Below, one piece after another: positions 25,722 to 38,231 of a DNA stretch of 64,000 nt. The DNA comes from Octopus vulgaris. Lineage: Eukaryota. The stretch is taken from contig OX597834.1 in NCBI GenBank assembly GCA_951406725.2, forward strand, positions 9,176,001 to 9,240,000, read 5' to 3'. The notes beneath the pieces were generated by a model. The model ran no database searches, was not told the DNA's origin, and was given only the letters and a program-made list of their open reading frames with translations. How positions within the stretch are numbered: the first letter of the stretch is position 1; every line of letters begins with the position of its first letter. Both the position numbers and the translations under genes were made by a program.

Positions 25722-26182
25722 GCAATATTCTCTGGAAGATCAGCCTAGATTTACATTTATCTATCTCCTACAGTTTTCACTCACCATGCTCCCTCCAACA
25801 GCATATCATATAATTTCAAATTCCGACTTCAGCTGCAGCAAGTTTTACGCCTCTGCATCCTCTTGTACTCTACCAGATTCAATCAATTAAATATATGGCC
25901 AAATATACGCTTTCATTTCTCCTATTTCACACTTTTTACAGGGAGCATATTCTATAGATAAGAAATAATGGATATGGAGACAAACTCAAAAACATTAAAA
26001 CGGAAAACAGTATCATTTTCAAAAGGTTTAAACTGGAGTCATAAACTATATTTTAAATGTGATGTAAAGAAAATTTCTATAAAAATTCATTTGAAAATAG
26101 TTATCTTTTGAGCCTTAACTTACTCTGAAATTATGTTTGCACCTAAAGTGCTTATATTTTAGCACATAACGTTCACTCTCAG

Positions 26183-26361
26183 CGTGATAGATATTAAGTT
26201 CAGAGCCATTTACAATATTGAAAAAATCGGGAAAATATTCAGATTGTACTACACTCCAAAAATCCACACCACGCAAATACTGAAGAGGAACAAAATCTCG
26301 AAATGGTTCGAAACTGGTTCGAATTAGCTCCAGGGCAACGCTCATGGTTTTCTCTGCAATT
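26183..26361 (+). CDS. Candidate exon C of the PAC-like locus (needs +1 nt in the A6 run)
   Basis: TTCACTCTCAG acceptor, phase-compatible with exon B; GTAAGT donor. VIDIKFRAIYNIEK / NRENIQIVLHS...NWFELAPGQRSWFSLQL versus PAC LVFLQFR...SAIDYLLFS...SSWKFSGGFRTWVKMSL. Confidence 0.55.
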
Positions 26362-26403
26362 GTAAGTGACGTTGCTTTCAGTGTAGTTATGTATTACTCT
26401 CGC

Positions 26404-26781
26404 TTTACTCTCCTTTACTTGTTTCAGTCATTTGACTGCGGCCATGCTGGAGCACCACCTTTAATCGAGCAACTCAACCCCGAGATTGTTATTCTTTTGT
26501 AAGCCCAGTACTTATTCTATCAGTCCCTTATGTGAAACTGCTAAGTTACATGGACGTAAACACACCAGCATCGGTTGTCAAGCAATGCTAGGGGGACAAA
26601 CACAGACACACACACGCATATATATATATATACATATATACGACGGGCTTCTTTCAGCTTCCGTCTACCAAATCTACTCACAAGGCTTTGGTCGGCCCGA
26701 GGCTATAGTCGAAGACACTGGCCCAAGGTGCCACGCAGTGGTTGGTAAACAAGCTACTTACCACACAGCCACTCCTGCGCC
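26404..26781 (-). mobile_element. SINE-A
   Basis: Near full length, B-box region deleted. Confidence 0.92.
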
Positions 26782-27479
26782 ACTGTGACGAACATCAAAA
26801 CTGGTGACTTTTTACTGCATATATTTGCCACAGTTGCAATTTCGACACGGTTTCCAGTATTAAATCACTCATTTAGATATATTAACGATGCATTTATTTC
26901 TAGAATACCGTATATAATGGCATAACGACGCATTTAATTTCTAGTGCTCATACATATTTTCTACCACCCCAATTTTGGAAATGGCTAGTGAGTAAGAATT
27001 CTGACATTGAAAACGTATGTAAGAGCAATTGAAACGAACATTGTATTTAAAGAAACTATGCAATTTAGAGGATTCATTTTTATGCTAGTCACACATCTCT
27101 GAGTACCCATATTTTATCGTGAGTTTTAGTTTCCAATTTTAAGTTTTAAGTTAATGCTATGATATCTCAAATAATGGTTTAGTATGAAGTTCCGAGAATT
27201 TAATACGATTCAGGATTGAATTATTAAGACGGTGTAAAATTTGTAATATAGTAAATATTGATGATAGAAGTAACATTCGTCTAGTGCCACGAGAGGGTGA
27301 GGTTGATTTTCTTCATATATTCTTAAAATACATTTTGGGGCGAATGATTTAAAGGGAGATACTTAGTAAGAAGGAACTGTTATGTCCCTTGCTTTTGCAA
27401 AGGTTATCCTATATTTTGAGGTATCAGCACGAATTGTAAAATTTCAAATTTTGACAGGTCAGAAAATTCGGGGTAGGGG

Positions 27480-27825
27480 GTAAGTCGATGATATCGACCC
27501 CAGTCCTGAACTGGTACATATTTTACTAGCTCTGAATAAAAGGCACCATCGATCTCGGTGGAATATGAACTCAGAAAGTTTAGATAGACGAAATACCTAT
27601 TTCTTTACTACCCACATGGGGCTAAACACAGAGAGGATAAACAAGGACAGACAAACGGATTAAGTCGATTATATGGACTCCAGTGCGTAACTGGTACTTA
27701 TTTAATCGACACAGAAAGGATAAAAGGCAAAGTCAATCTCGGCGGAATTTGAACTCAGAACGTAGCGGCAGACGAAATACAGTTAAGCATTTTGCCCAAC
27801 GTATGCATTATGCCAGGTCGCCGAC
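27480..27825 (-). mobile_element. SINE-B joined to a B' body (dimer-like)
   Basis: Junction AAAGAAATAG|GTATTTCGTC on the minus strand at about 27598. Confidence 0.85.
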
Positions 27826-27869
27826 TTTGAATCTATCTAATATTGGTTTCAAATTTTTGCTCAATTTTC

Positions 27870-28015
27870 TAGGAGGGGGTAAGTTAATTAAATCCACCCC
27901 AGTGCTCACCTGGTATTTAATTTATCAATTCAGAAAAGATGAAACGCAAAGCCGACGGAATTTGATCTCAGAACTTAAAGACGGACAACAATGCGGTAAC
28001 TTTTCTGCCAGTTCA
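27870..28015 (-). mobile_element. Old B' SINE
   Basis: ACCCCAGTGCTCACCTGGTA...GGAATTTGATCTCAGAAC. Confidence 0.7.
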
Positions 28016-29069
28016 GTGTGATTCAATCGAAAAATATTTATACCGTTTAATAAATAGATAGAAAAAGAATGTTGCTAAAATGGAATGTTACTAAAATGGA
28101 AAATATCTTTACGTTCAAATAATTATAATAAAGTTAGAAAAAAAGGGAAACAGCATAAGACTCGAATACTGAGTTACATTAATCATATGGAAAATATTTT
28201 ACTTCGAATTTTTATGGCCATTACACTAATTCTGCATTACAATGAAGAAAAGTATACCCAAAGTTAAATAAATTAGCTTGTGATTTTGTATATGTGTTAG
28301 CGATAACACACAGCTTGGAAGTTCGAAGCGAAAACGATCGTTGTCTAGGGAACAGAAACATAACAAAAGCGGTCATACGCTAAGTTCTTGTAACAGAGAA
28401 GAGATTAAATGTTGAAAACTGAAGGAAAATATTACTGTTAAGTAAGAATGTTTACAAGAAAGAATTACACTTGATTACACGATCTTATACTATGAAGACG
28501 GTGATAAATATTCGTTAGCCTAACGAAATAAACTTGCTTAGAAATGTGTGAGTGTTCAAGACGGTCAATTGCTACACTTGTAAATTGTGCTAAGCTCCAG
28601 ATTTGCTTACAGAAAATAAGCAATGGGGAGGTAAAGATTATGTGAACATCATGCAATAATTGTAAGAAAATTAATTGAAATACTGAGTATTGCTTCACGG
28701 GGGGTTATCAGATGGGAAAATGTAAGTCGAAAATATATGCAGCAGAGTGAAATAAATGCAGCAGAGTGAAAATAAAGATAAGGATGTTTCAATGTAAGAT
28801 TATTCATGTAAATCACTAAATTGCAAAATTCTGTATTAGGAAAAATCTATATTAAAAGAAAAAGAAGGAAAACTTAAACGGTTTTGGTTGTAGGTGAAAT
28901 TTACCAGAGAAATGAAACAGTAGAGGAAATAGTATGAGCTAAAAATTAATATTCAATTGAAATACGTTTTCTGAAAATAGCAGGGAATTTAGTCACTGAT
29001 ATTACATAGTTGATTAAAATGGTTAAATCTACATTCGTAAATACATATATTACAATAACCGACTCTAAA

Positions 29070-29488
29070 AATGTCTCTCTCTCTCTCTATCTGTCTCTAT
29101 CTTTGTCTGTCTCTCTCCCCACCACACACACTCTCTCTCTCACTGTACCTCCCTATAAGTGTATATATACGTATGAATGTCAGTGTATACATATCTATGT
29201 ATATACATATATATGTACATACATACATACATACATACATACATACATACATACATACATACATACGTGTGTGTATGTATGTATGTATGCATTGTTTGTA
29301 TAACCGTTTGTGTACAAGCATTAGCATGTAACTATGCAAGTATAACAACAGCCATACACACATATCTATAGGTAGGCTGTAAGGTAGATACACAGATATA
29401 GAAATAGATAGATAACTAGATATATACATAAAATGTGTATTTATATATAAAAAATCGGCGGAGATACCTAATTAGAGACTAAGGATAT

Positions 29489-29545
<57 letters not shown>

Positions 29546-29550
29546 TATCC
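29070..29550. repeat. Compound (CT)n/(TACA)n/(CA)n/(TA)n microsatellites
   Basis: Seen directly. Confidence 0.9.
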
Positions 29551-29816
29551 GCACTGTTTAGCAAGCATGCTTAACCTAGGTGATTATCTACAGGTACAAG
29601 TATCAAGTTGCTAATCACAGGAAGGTTCTTAAGAATATGTTCTTTTATATTCAAAAGAAAACTTACGACACCAATTCTTTTTTTTTTTTTTTTCGTCTCC
29701 TCATTATTTCAACTGCAGTAACCACTCAAGATCTGTTTCTGATATCGCAACTATTTTGCCCTTCCTTGTTATTCAATCATCAGTCACATATCTGACACTT
29801 TGCTTTTCACCAACAG

Positions 29817-29919
29817 ATTTACGTTTATTCTTACTAGACGCGCATTTCATTGTTACGCAACCATCAATAAACAGTTTTGCAAGACCGTCTACCAATTAGA
29901 TGTAGATTATATTCTAAAC
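29817..29919 (+). CDS. Candidate exon D of the PAC-like locus
   Basis: TTTGCTTTTCACCAACAG acceptor, GTAAGT donor. Open and phase-compatible with exon C (FTFILTRRAFHCYATINKQFCKTVYQLDVDYILN). Another frame at the 3' end (TVLQDRLPIRCRLYSK) fits PAC TKEEDGREAVEFRQETS better, so the frame is uncertain. Confidence 0.4.
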
Positions 29920-30638
29920 GTAAGTCCTGCTTTATCGTTGCAAGAATATCTACCAGCCACCGAAGCAATCACGCCCAACTTGTAATTCGGATTATCAAAA
30001 TATAATCGAATTTTAACCGTTGAATACTAACCATTCGAGGACAGGTTTTAACACATATGGCTCTCTAAGACCCTCGAATAGCATATGATGGTTGCCCCCT
30101 CGTTATCGAGTATGGCCATTGCACGAAGCTTAACCGTTATTGGTGCTGTGATCGAATGTGACTTTTATTTGCTTTTTAAGGCTACAGCCAACCATTCAGC
30201 TGAGACTCACAGCACCATCACCAATCATAAACAGTGTTATCGTGCAATGCCTGAACAAGAAGATTTTTTAAAGTGAGGAAAGGCTGTGCACTGAGTCCAT
30301 CCCACTCACTAAGCAACATCAGCCATAATCCAAGATGATGTTGTTGACTCGAATAGAAAAACTGTAGGTAAATAGAGAGATTTCCTCATAATCTATAAAA
30401 ACATTTTGAATGCTAGCGATTGAACGCGTTACGTAAGTTAAGCTACTTGAAAGCATAAGGGTCACTATCACCCTATTTAATCCGCTGAAAAACATTAAAT
30501 AACTGTAGAACGTGATTTGTAAAGTTATAGGACGCTGAAATAAAATTAAGTGAAAACTCAATCCTAGAATCTATAGATGTTTGCTTTCTACCATTTAGTG
30601 AGGATGCACAAAACGTTAAACATATTATATGTAATATT

Positions 30639-31013
30639 AAGGCGGCGAGCTGGCAGAAACTTCAGCGCGCCGGGCGAAATGCGTAGCCATATTTCGTCTG
30701 CCGTTACGTTCTGGGTTCAAATTCTGCTGAGGTCGACTTTGCACTGGGGGCGATGTAATCGATTTAATCCGTTTGTCTGTCCTTGTTTGTCCCCTCTGTG
30801 TTTACACCCTTGTGGGTAGTAAAGAAATAGGCATTTCGTCTGCCGTTACGTTCTGGGTTAAATTTTCCGCCGAGGTCGACTTTGCCTTTCATCTTTTCGG
30901 CGTCGATAAATTAAGTACCAGTTAAGTACTGGGGTCTATGTAATCGACTTAATCTGTTTGTCTGTCCTTGTTTTTCCCCTCTATGTTTAGCCCCTTGCAG
31001 GTAGTAAAGAAAT
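30639..31013 (+). mobile_element. SINE-B dimer
   Basis: Second unit starts at the internal GCATTTCGTCTGCC (30831); flanks share TATGTAATATT. Confidence 0.9.
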
Positions 31014-31951
31014 ACATTTATGTAATATTTTGTATCTTTGCACTTATACCAAATGCTCAGACCTATAACACACTTCTCTTTAGATACGAATTATTTACAT
31101 ACAACATAACGACTTTTAAACAATTATACTTCATCTGCTACTATTAAAAGTTTCTTTATACCCGAACTAAGGTAATCGTGGCTTTCTAAGTACTAGATCT
31201 TATAATTTTGAAATACATCTAGAGGAGATATTGTCCATAAATAACTGAAGACGAATGAATTACAACTAACGATATTTATGTCCTTTAGAAACGATAGTAT
31301 TGTATGCGTTCAGGAGTCGATAAATTAAAATTTTGGCGACTTATTGTTTGAAGAGAGTTGGTATGGCTTCTTCTAAAGTGTTAAGCATGCGTTTAGTATT
31401 TTCAGTTGAATTGCAAATGTGAGTTGTGCGTCTCGAAACTATTCTAAATACTTTAAATTAACTCCATTCAATTATAAATGATTGCAGGAAATGTAAAGAA
31501 ATTTTTATAAGATATGAAGAGTAAACTTATCAAACTCTCCATAGAAATTCCCAGTTATGTATATAAACGATATTTCCATCGTAATTACTTCATTTTAATG
31601 AATTCAAATATTAATTTACTTCGTTTATATAATTAGATGTAATTTTATAAACATAAATTTCATGTTATGCATACTTTCTGGGGTCGATTGTACTGACGTA
31701 GCCCTTCTCGTGAAACCACTGCTGTTGTGCCTAATTAAGAATAATTATTATAATTATTATAAATTTCCTATTATACAAAACTTTGCCAATCGTATTTCCA
31801 ACTTTTGGTACTTCAAACTGTTTAATATCTTGATAGGGATCTAATTGGTGATATTCTCCTGCTATGAGCCTCTGTTTAGTAATTTCTACCCCACCTCAAA
31901 CTTCTGACCGTACGTCTGTTTAAATCATTGTTGTTCTCAAACATTTTCTAT

Positions 31952-32335
31952 ACTCTTTTACTCCTTTACTTGTTTCAGTCATTTCACTGTGGCCATACTG
32001 GAGCACCGCCTTTAGTCGAGCAAATCGACCCCAGGACTTATTCATTGTAAGCCTAGAACTTATTATATCAGTCTCTTTTACCGAACCGCTAAGTTACGGT
32101 GACGTAAACACACCCGCATCGGTTGTTGAGCGATGTTGGTAGGGCAAACACACATATATATACATATATACGACGGACTTCTTTCAGGTTCCGCTTTCCA
32201 AATCAACTAACAAGGCTTTGGTCGGCCCGAGACTATAGTTGAAGACACTTGCCCAAGGTGCCACGCAGTGGAACTGAACCCGGAACCATGTGTTTGGTAA
32301 ACAAGCTACTTATCACACAGCCACTCTTACGCCTA
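31952..32335 (-). mobile_element. SINE-A, full length
   Basis: As other copies. Confidence 0.93.
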
Positions 32336-32470
32336 TATTTAAAGTGTTAGTATAAGAACAATTTTAGAATTATATCAAATATTATTTTAAGAACGATTAT
32401 ATGAAACACTCCATTTTAATTCCTACATCTTAGACTTGAATTTAACATGTTCTGTTTAAATTTCAATGAG

Positions 32471-32799
32471 TCATCTAAAAGCATAAGGCCGGTTTCTCAG
32501 TTTGCATGGCAGATACATTCCTCGCCTAGACGAGAACTCCAGTCTCTCGCACGATGCCGGACCTGCCGGGTGACAGGTTGCGCGATCGCCGGCGAGGCGA
32601 CTTTCCGATGCCCGGTCGAATAGGGGGGCACTGCAGCGTGCATAGAAGCTGCGGGTGCGAGCACGGATGAAGCCGACCGCGGGTACAGATCTCGGTGGTA
32701 GCATTTTGCTCAAGAACACATCGCATCGCCCAGTCCTTGAATCGAAACCACAATCTTACGATCATGAGTCCAACACCCTAACCACTAAGCCACGCACCT
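32471..32799 (-). mobile_element. SINE-E (tRNA-derived, D-like head) with its centre replaced by foreign sequence
   Basis: Head GGTGCGTGGCTTAGTGGTTAGGGTGTTGGACTCATGATCGTAAGATTGTGGTTTCGATTC...TTCTTGAGCAA. Confidence 0.8.
32552..32703 (+). pseudogene. 28S rRNA fragment
   Basis: GC-rich island; GAAGCCGACCGCGGGTACAGATCTCGGTGGTAG matches the conserved LSU segment GGAGCCGCCGCAGGTGCAGATCTTGGTGGTAG, and upstream CGAATAGGGGGGCACTGC...GAAGC matches CGAGTAGGAGGGCCGCTGC...GAAGC. Confidence 0.82.
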
Positions 32800-32933
32800 G
32801 ACTTCCCTTATTAACCAGTCAATAATATCAGATAGTGGATTACAAAGATCGCAAACATTTCGAATGCTCACAATTTCTGCATTCAGTTACACGTAGTGAA
32901 TTTTAGTTTCTCTTAAGTCGCTATTTGATGTTA

Positions 32934-33319
32934 GGAGGCGCAATGGCCCAGTGGTTAGGGCAGCGGACTCGCGGTCATAGGATCGCGGTTTCGATTCCCA
33001 GACCGGGCGTTGTGAGTGTTTATTGAGCAAAAACACCTAAAAGCTCCACGAGGATCCGGCAGGGATGGTGGTGATCCCTGCTGTACTCTTTCACCACAAC
33101 TTTCTCTCACTCTTACTTCCTGTTTCTGTTGTACCTGTATTTCAAAGGGCCGGCCTTGTCACTCTCTGTGTCACGCTGAATATCCCCGAGAACTACGTTA
33201 AGGGTGCACGTGTCTGTGGAGTGCTCAGCCACTTACACGTTAATTTCACGAGCAGGCTGTTCCGTTGATTCGGATCAATCGGAACCCTCATCGTCGTAAC
33301 CGACGGAGTGCTTCCATCC
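32934..33319 (+). mobile_element. SINE-C1, full length
   Basis: TGGCCCAGTGG A-box, TTCGATTCC B-box; TSD ATTTGATGTTA. Confidence 0.94.
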
Positions 33320-33858
33320 ATTTGATGTTAACATAAGTCATTAAGAATCTCTTTTGACAATAGATTTAATTGAATTCTATCATGAATTATAAGTTGAAAT
33401 TCAGACAATCGCGATCTCTTAACCATTTCCATCAAAACAAGTTCAAATCAATCCCAAATATTCATAAGTGTGGTTTTTATTTTATCTCTTGTTTTTTTTT
33501 TTTTTTCGAAACTATTTAAAAAAAAAAACTATTTCTGTTTAAATTCTTTACATTTTTATTGTAAATATTTATCTCAGTAGCATATTTTAAAATATTACTT
33601 ATTGTTTGCGGTTCTCATACATTTAAGAACACTTATATTAACGTATATACTCTGTGAATATGTTTTCAATAATTTTCTTCAACTTTTCCTATTTCCATCG
33701 TTTTCCCTTTTCAACAGTTCTTGCTGTCAGTTTCTTAAATTATTTTCGGTTTCTTTTTCATAATCACAATATTTTTCTACTAATCTTAGTTTAGACTTCT
33801 CGATTCCACACTCTTTCTATATATTTAATCTATCTCTCACATCCCCTCTGTATGTATG

Positions 33859-33891
<33 letters not shown>

Positions 33892-35519
33892 GTATCTTTC
33901 TGTCCTTTATAACTCTTATCTCGCAGTAGTTCTCCTCTGTATATCGAGATATCTTGGTATTCTTTCACACAAACTCATTCTCTCACTACGCCCCTTTCTC
34001 GCTATTCTCTTATCTAGCTTTCTATTGATACAAAAAAAAAAAATAACAGATAAACACATACACGTACTTGTCCATCTGTGACTCTCTTTTCCTTTCTCAC
34101 TGTTGCACGCATGCGCTCACACTTCAACGTTCTTTGTCTAGTAACCACCTATCTCTCTGTTTCCATTTCATTAACTCTCTCTCCAAAACTCGCTAATATA
34201 CTCTATATATAAACATATTTTTGCCAGAGTATTTCACTAACTCATTTCTTCTGCTCTCTCTCTCTCTCATTTTCTCACTCTCTCCCTCCCTTCATCATTT
34301 CTCAGTATCGCATATATTTGCTATAAAAATTCTATTCCTCTCTTTCTGAAAACATACATAAATGCAATCCCACCTTCTACCTATGCTTCTGACTCTCTTT
34401 CTCTCACAGTTGGAATCAGCCTGTCCCTTTTCTTTTACTCTCTATATATTTAAACATACATCTTTCTCCCTCTCTCTCACTCTGGTGTTGCTTACCCCCC
34501 GTCCCTACTCTATATCTATTTATTTCTGAGAGCAGTTTTATAAATATAACTTGTTTTATCTCTATTGCTTCAAGAACATTTTGAACATTTGTACCGATTT
34601 GCTGAAATATTTTTCTCCTCCATAATCTCAGATAACATCACGCTGCTTCTATTTCTGAGAAAGTAACGGTGAATTTATGGAATAACGCCAGCAATATTGG
34701 TAACCTACCAGGGATTCAAAGGAGACTTGTCGCGTTTTGTTAGTAAAGTTAAAAGTAATAAAAGAAGAAAATAAAAAGAAAAACAATACAATTCTAGTAA
34801 AATTTGGTAAACAATATTTAATCTTAAAGGAGACTGTTTGATAAATAAATTTTTAGATAAACATTATATTATTGTAAGGTATTTCTAGTATTGGCACAAG
34901 GCCACACACTTTGTGAAAGTAGGATTGGATTATATCGACAATCAATATTAGACTGGTACTTTATATTATCGACCCCATGAGAATGGAAGTCTACGTCCAG
35001 CGATAATATATATTAACACACACAAGCATACTTGTGTATAATAACCTCTGTGGGTTTGAATTAGAAGTTTTGTGCTATTGTTATAATTTTAGAAACTGTT
35101 TGACTTCAGATTAAAAACGTGATGGCTTAGACTTGTTGTCAAAGCAATTCCGGAACTGACAATCCCCTCTCTTGCTTTTGCTCAGGGAACCAAGTCATAT
35201 ATTAAACAAAGTGCTTTATACTACTTTGAAGAAATTTAGGCGTGATTTGAGGGAGAGGTAGGTTATTTTTGTCACTTCGAGCGACAGCAGGAAGGTTCAT
35301 CCTACGATTAATTGTATTGCTCTCTGGATGCTATGAACAAAGATATAATCACATTCATTCCAGTTATGACAATCCTCTCGAATTCTGTATCCAGTTTTAT
35401 TTTTGCCAACGTGTTCCTTTCAAATTTTATGTATGTATCTATTTATCTAGAGTCCCAAAATATACAAAATGAACGCATACATACATACATACACAGGCAT
35501 ATATATATTCTTTTTTTTA

Positions 35520-35727
35520 TATTCCTTTACTTGTTTGAGTCATTAGACTGCGGTCATGCTGGGGCTCCGCCTTGAGGAATGTTTGGTGGAACTAATCGAT
35601 CCCGGTACATTTTTTGAAGCCGGATATTTATTGTACCAGTCTCTTTTGCTGAACCACTAGTTTATGGGGACGTAAGCACAAACTAGAAAACACACACATA
35701 CATATATACACACACACACACATATAT

Positions 35728-35775
<48 letters not shown>

Positions 35776-35945
35776 GTATATGCACACAGATATATAGATA
35801 TATAAATACAACGAGCTTCTTTCATTTTCCAATTACTAAAACCATTCACATGGCTTTGGTCATACCGAGGCTATAGTAGAAGACACTTGCCCAAGGTGCA
35901 ACGCTGTGGGTCTGAACCCGGAACCCTGCGGCTGCGAAGTAAGGC
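35520..35945 (-). mobile_element. SINE-A, diverged
   Basis: Both halves around an expanded (CA)n(TA)n. Confidence 0.85.
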
Positions 35946-36211
35946 CTTTGCATAGTTTACAATGCAATTTTACTCATAAAGCATTGGTTAACTCGTATGT
36001 GTTCTGCTTCAGTTTCCTCCATGTGGTTCTTACATGTCAATAATTATGCTTATGCATTTTAATATGCATCTGCGTAAGAGACGTTAAAGCGTAGGATACA
36101 ATACCATGCCATATATGTTACTGATCAACCTCAATTCAGGTTCTAGTGATATTAACATTACTGCAGATATGTTCACAAGTGATACAAAGTAGCAGGTGTC
36201 ACTGTTGGTCT

Positions 36212-36612
36212 GACAGAATTGTTAGCACGCCGGGCGAAATGCTGAGCGGTATTTCGTCTGGCGCTACGTTCTGAGTTCAAATCCCGCCGAGGTCGATTTT
36301 GCCTTTCATCCTTTCGAGGTCGATTAAATAAGTACCAGTTACGCACTGGGGTCGATGTAATCGACTTAATCCGTTTGTCTGTCCTTGTTTGTTCCCTCTG
36401 TGTTTAGCCGCTTGTGGGTAAAGAAATAGGTATTTCCTCTGCCGCTACGTTCTGAGTTCAAATCCCGCCGAGGTCGATTTTGCCTTTCATTCTTTCGAGG
36501 TCGATTAAGTAAGTACCAGTTACGCACTGGGGTCGATGTAATCGACTTAATCCGTTTGTCTGTCCTTGTTTGTTCCCTCTGTGTTTAGCCCCTTGTGGGT
36601 AGTAAAGAAATA
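36212..36612 (+). mobile_element. SINE-B dimer
   Basis: Two near-identical units of about 180 bp; junction AAGAAATAG|GTATTTCCTCTGCC at 36430. Confidence 0.92.
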
Positions 36613-37056
36613 AGAATCGTTAGTGTGTAGGAGGTGATGTTTTGTGGTGTGGTGACACTAATCCGTTATCGGCTTTTGAGTAAAAATGTTCTCCATCGAC
36701 ATCAACAACTTGAAGAACTGCAATGTTCTTCTCTTGAACAACTGCGTGTCTTCCACAAAATTTAAAAAGTACAAATATCCATTTGTAGGTACTCACATTT
36801 TTTATTAGAAAACGAAAATGACCATTGATGTTTCATTGCATGCGTGCTTTTCGTTTTAGCTCTGACAAATTATAGATATTAACAAAGACTTTCCAGCCGT
36901 AACCATCCACTTCATTATTTGTATATTACTTTCTTTTTTTAACATTCTCGGTCTTTGAATACCATCTTCAAGGATTTAGTTAATCATATTGATCTCCCTA
37001 CTTACTTTATCGAACCAGTAATTTTCATGAGATAAAAGTACAGAGCAAAAACAGGT

Positions 37057-37226
37057 ACACACACACAAACACACACACACACACATTCTCCCTCTCTCAC
37101 ACACACACACACACTCTCTCTCTCTCTCTCACACACACTCTCTCCCTCTCACACGCACACACACTCCCTCTCTCTCACGCACACTCTCTCCCTCTCACAC
37201 ACACTCTCTCTTTCTCTCTCACACAC

Positions 37227-37260
<34 letters not shown>

Positions 37261-37302
37261 TCACACACACACACACACACTCTCTCTCTCTCACACACAC
37301 TC

Positions 37303-37333
<31 letters not shown>

Positions 37334-37370
37334 CGCACGCACATACACACACACGCAAACTCCTACACAC
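37057..37370. repeat. Compound (CA)n/(CT)n microsatellite
   Basis: Seen directly. Confidence 0.95.
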
Positions 37371-37594
37371 AGACCCATATTCACTCAAACGTTGGTAAGT
37401 AAATCTACGACTTTATCTGCTTCATCAGGCTTCAATATGTGGCTCAAAGACTAGAGCAACAACAACAACAACTATGAACAAGCAGACCATCTAAAATCGA
37501 ATTCCGAAATGCCTTAATGGCATGCATAAATCAGTGCTGATTGTACATTCCTCTTGAAGGTTTCGCCGTCGCTATTTGGTCTTTCATAAACCAG

Positions 37595-37714
37595 TTGTGA
37601 ATTCAATAAATTAATTTCCCCGTCCTTTGATCCTTCTATTTGAAAATGTAACTTTGTTTATTAAACACTACGAGGACAGAATTTCATTACATTGCATAGT
37701 CTTTATTTGTCTCG
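37595..37714 (+). CDS. Candidate exon E of the PAC-like locus (in-frame TAA)
   Basis: CCAG acceptor, G|GTATGT donor. VNSIN*FPRPLILLFENVTLFIKHYEDRISLHCIVFICL versus PAC VNYIDQRP...LFFVVFEWKDPFIQKVQDIVTANPWNTIALLC (FE, FI, D in exact register). Confidence 0.45.
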
Positions 37715-38231
37715 GTATGTATGGCATTACCTAGGATATATATATATATATATATATATGTGTCTCTGTGTGTGTGAAATATATTTGGTATACTGTGGAG
37801 TTCGTAACATTTTTTTTTCTTGCGTGTGTATTAACACACTTAAGTGAAGTTAGCTGTACGCCGACTAAGAATTCAAAGCATAATACTAGTTTCCCAGTAT
37901 TTAAAGTAAATATACGGTATCATTAGTATCAATTCGCCAAAGATTTTCGCACTTCTTCTCCACCAAAGAAGCTTAGTAATTACTGGTGTGTATATTTACT
38001 AGATTTATGTATTTCTTGTGATTAGAGTGAAGGTGCAAAGGTATATAATACAGGGGAATTAATGTGGATGTTCATATCTCCGTAAAAATACAATATTTCC
38101 GGAAGATGAAATAGATGATTTTTTTTTCCATTATATAAGAACAGGATGAATATTGGAGGAAGGTCATTGAAATGTAACTCATTGATAGAATCTGAATATT
38201 TTTTTTCTATTTAATAATTTTTTTTTTACAG

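Noticed and set aside
26279-26310. CTGAAGAG...CTCGAAA hammerhead-like match
   Set aside because: No stems I/III; better explained as exon C.
32934-33005. tRNA-like sequence, as in other SINE heads
   Set aside because: No closed acceptor stem; continues into SINE body with TSD.
33016-33268. Recurrent ORF MVVIPAVLFHHNF... (also 38602, 43744, 46592)
   Set aside because: Incidental frame in the SINE-C1 body.
35364-35430. AG/GT-bounded segment YDNPLEFCIQFYFCQRVPFKFY as a PAC exon
   Set aside because: Weaker match than 37595-37714 for the same region, and phase does not fit exon D.
37977-38040. Possible small TM2 exon (VITGVYIY, cf. LCGAFL)
   Set aside because: Weak acceptor, immediate TAG, no phase-compatible donor.
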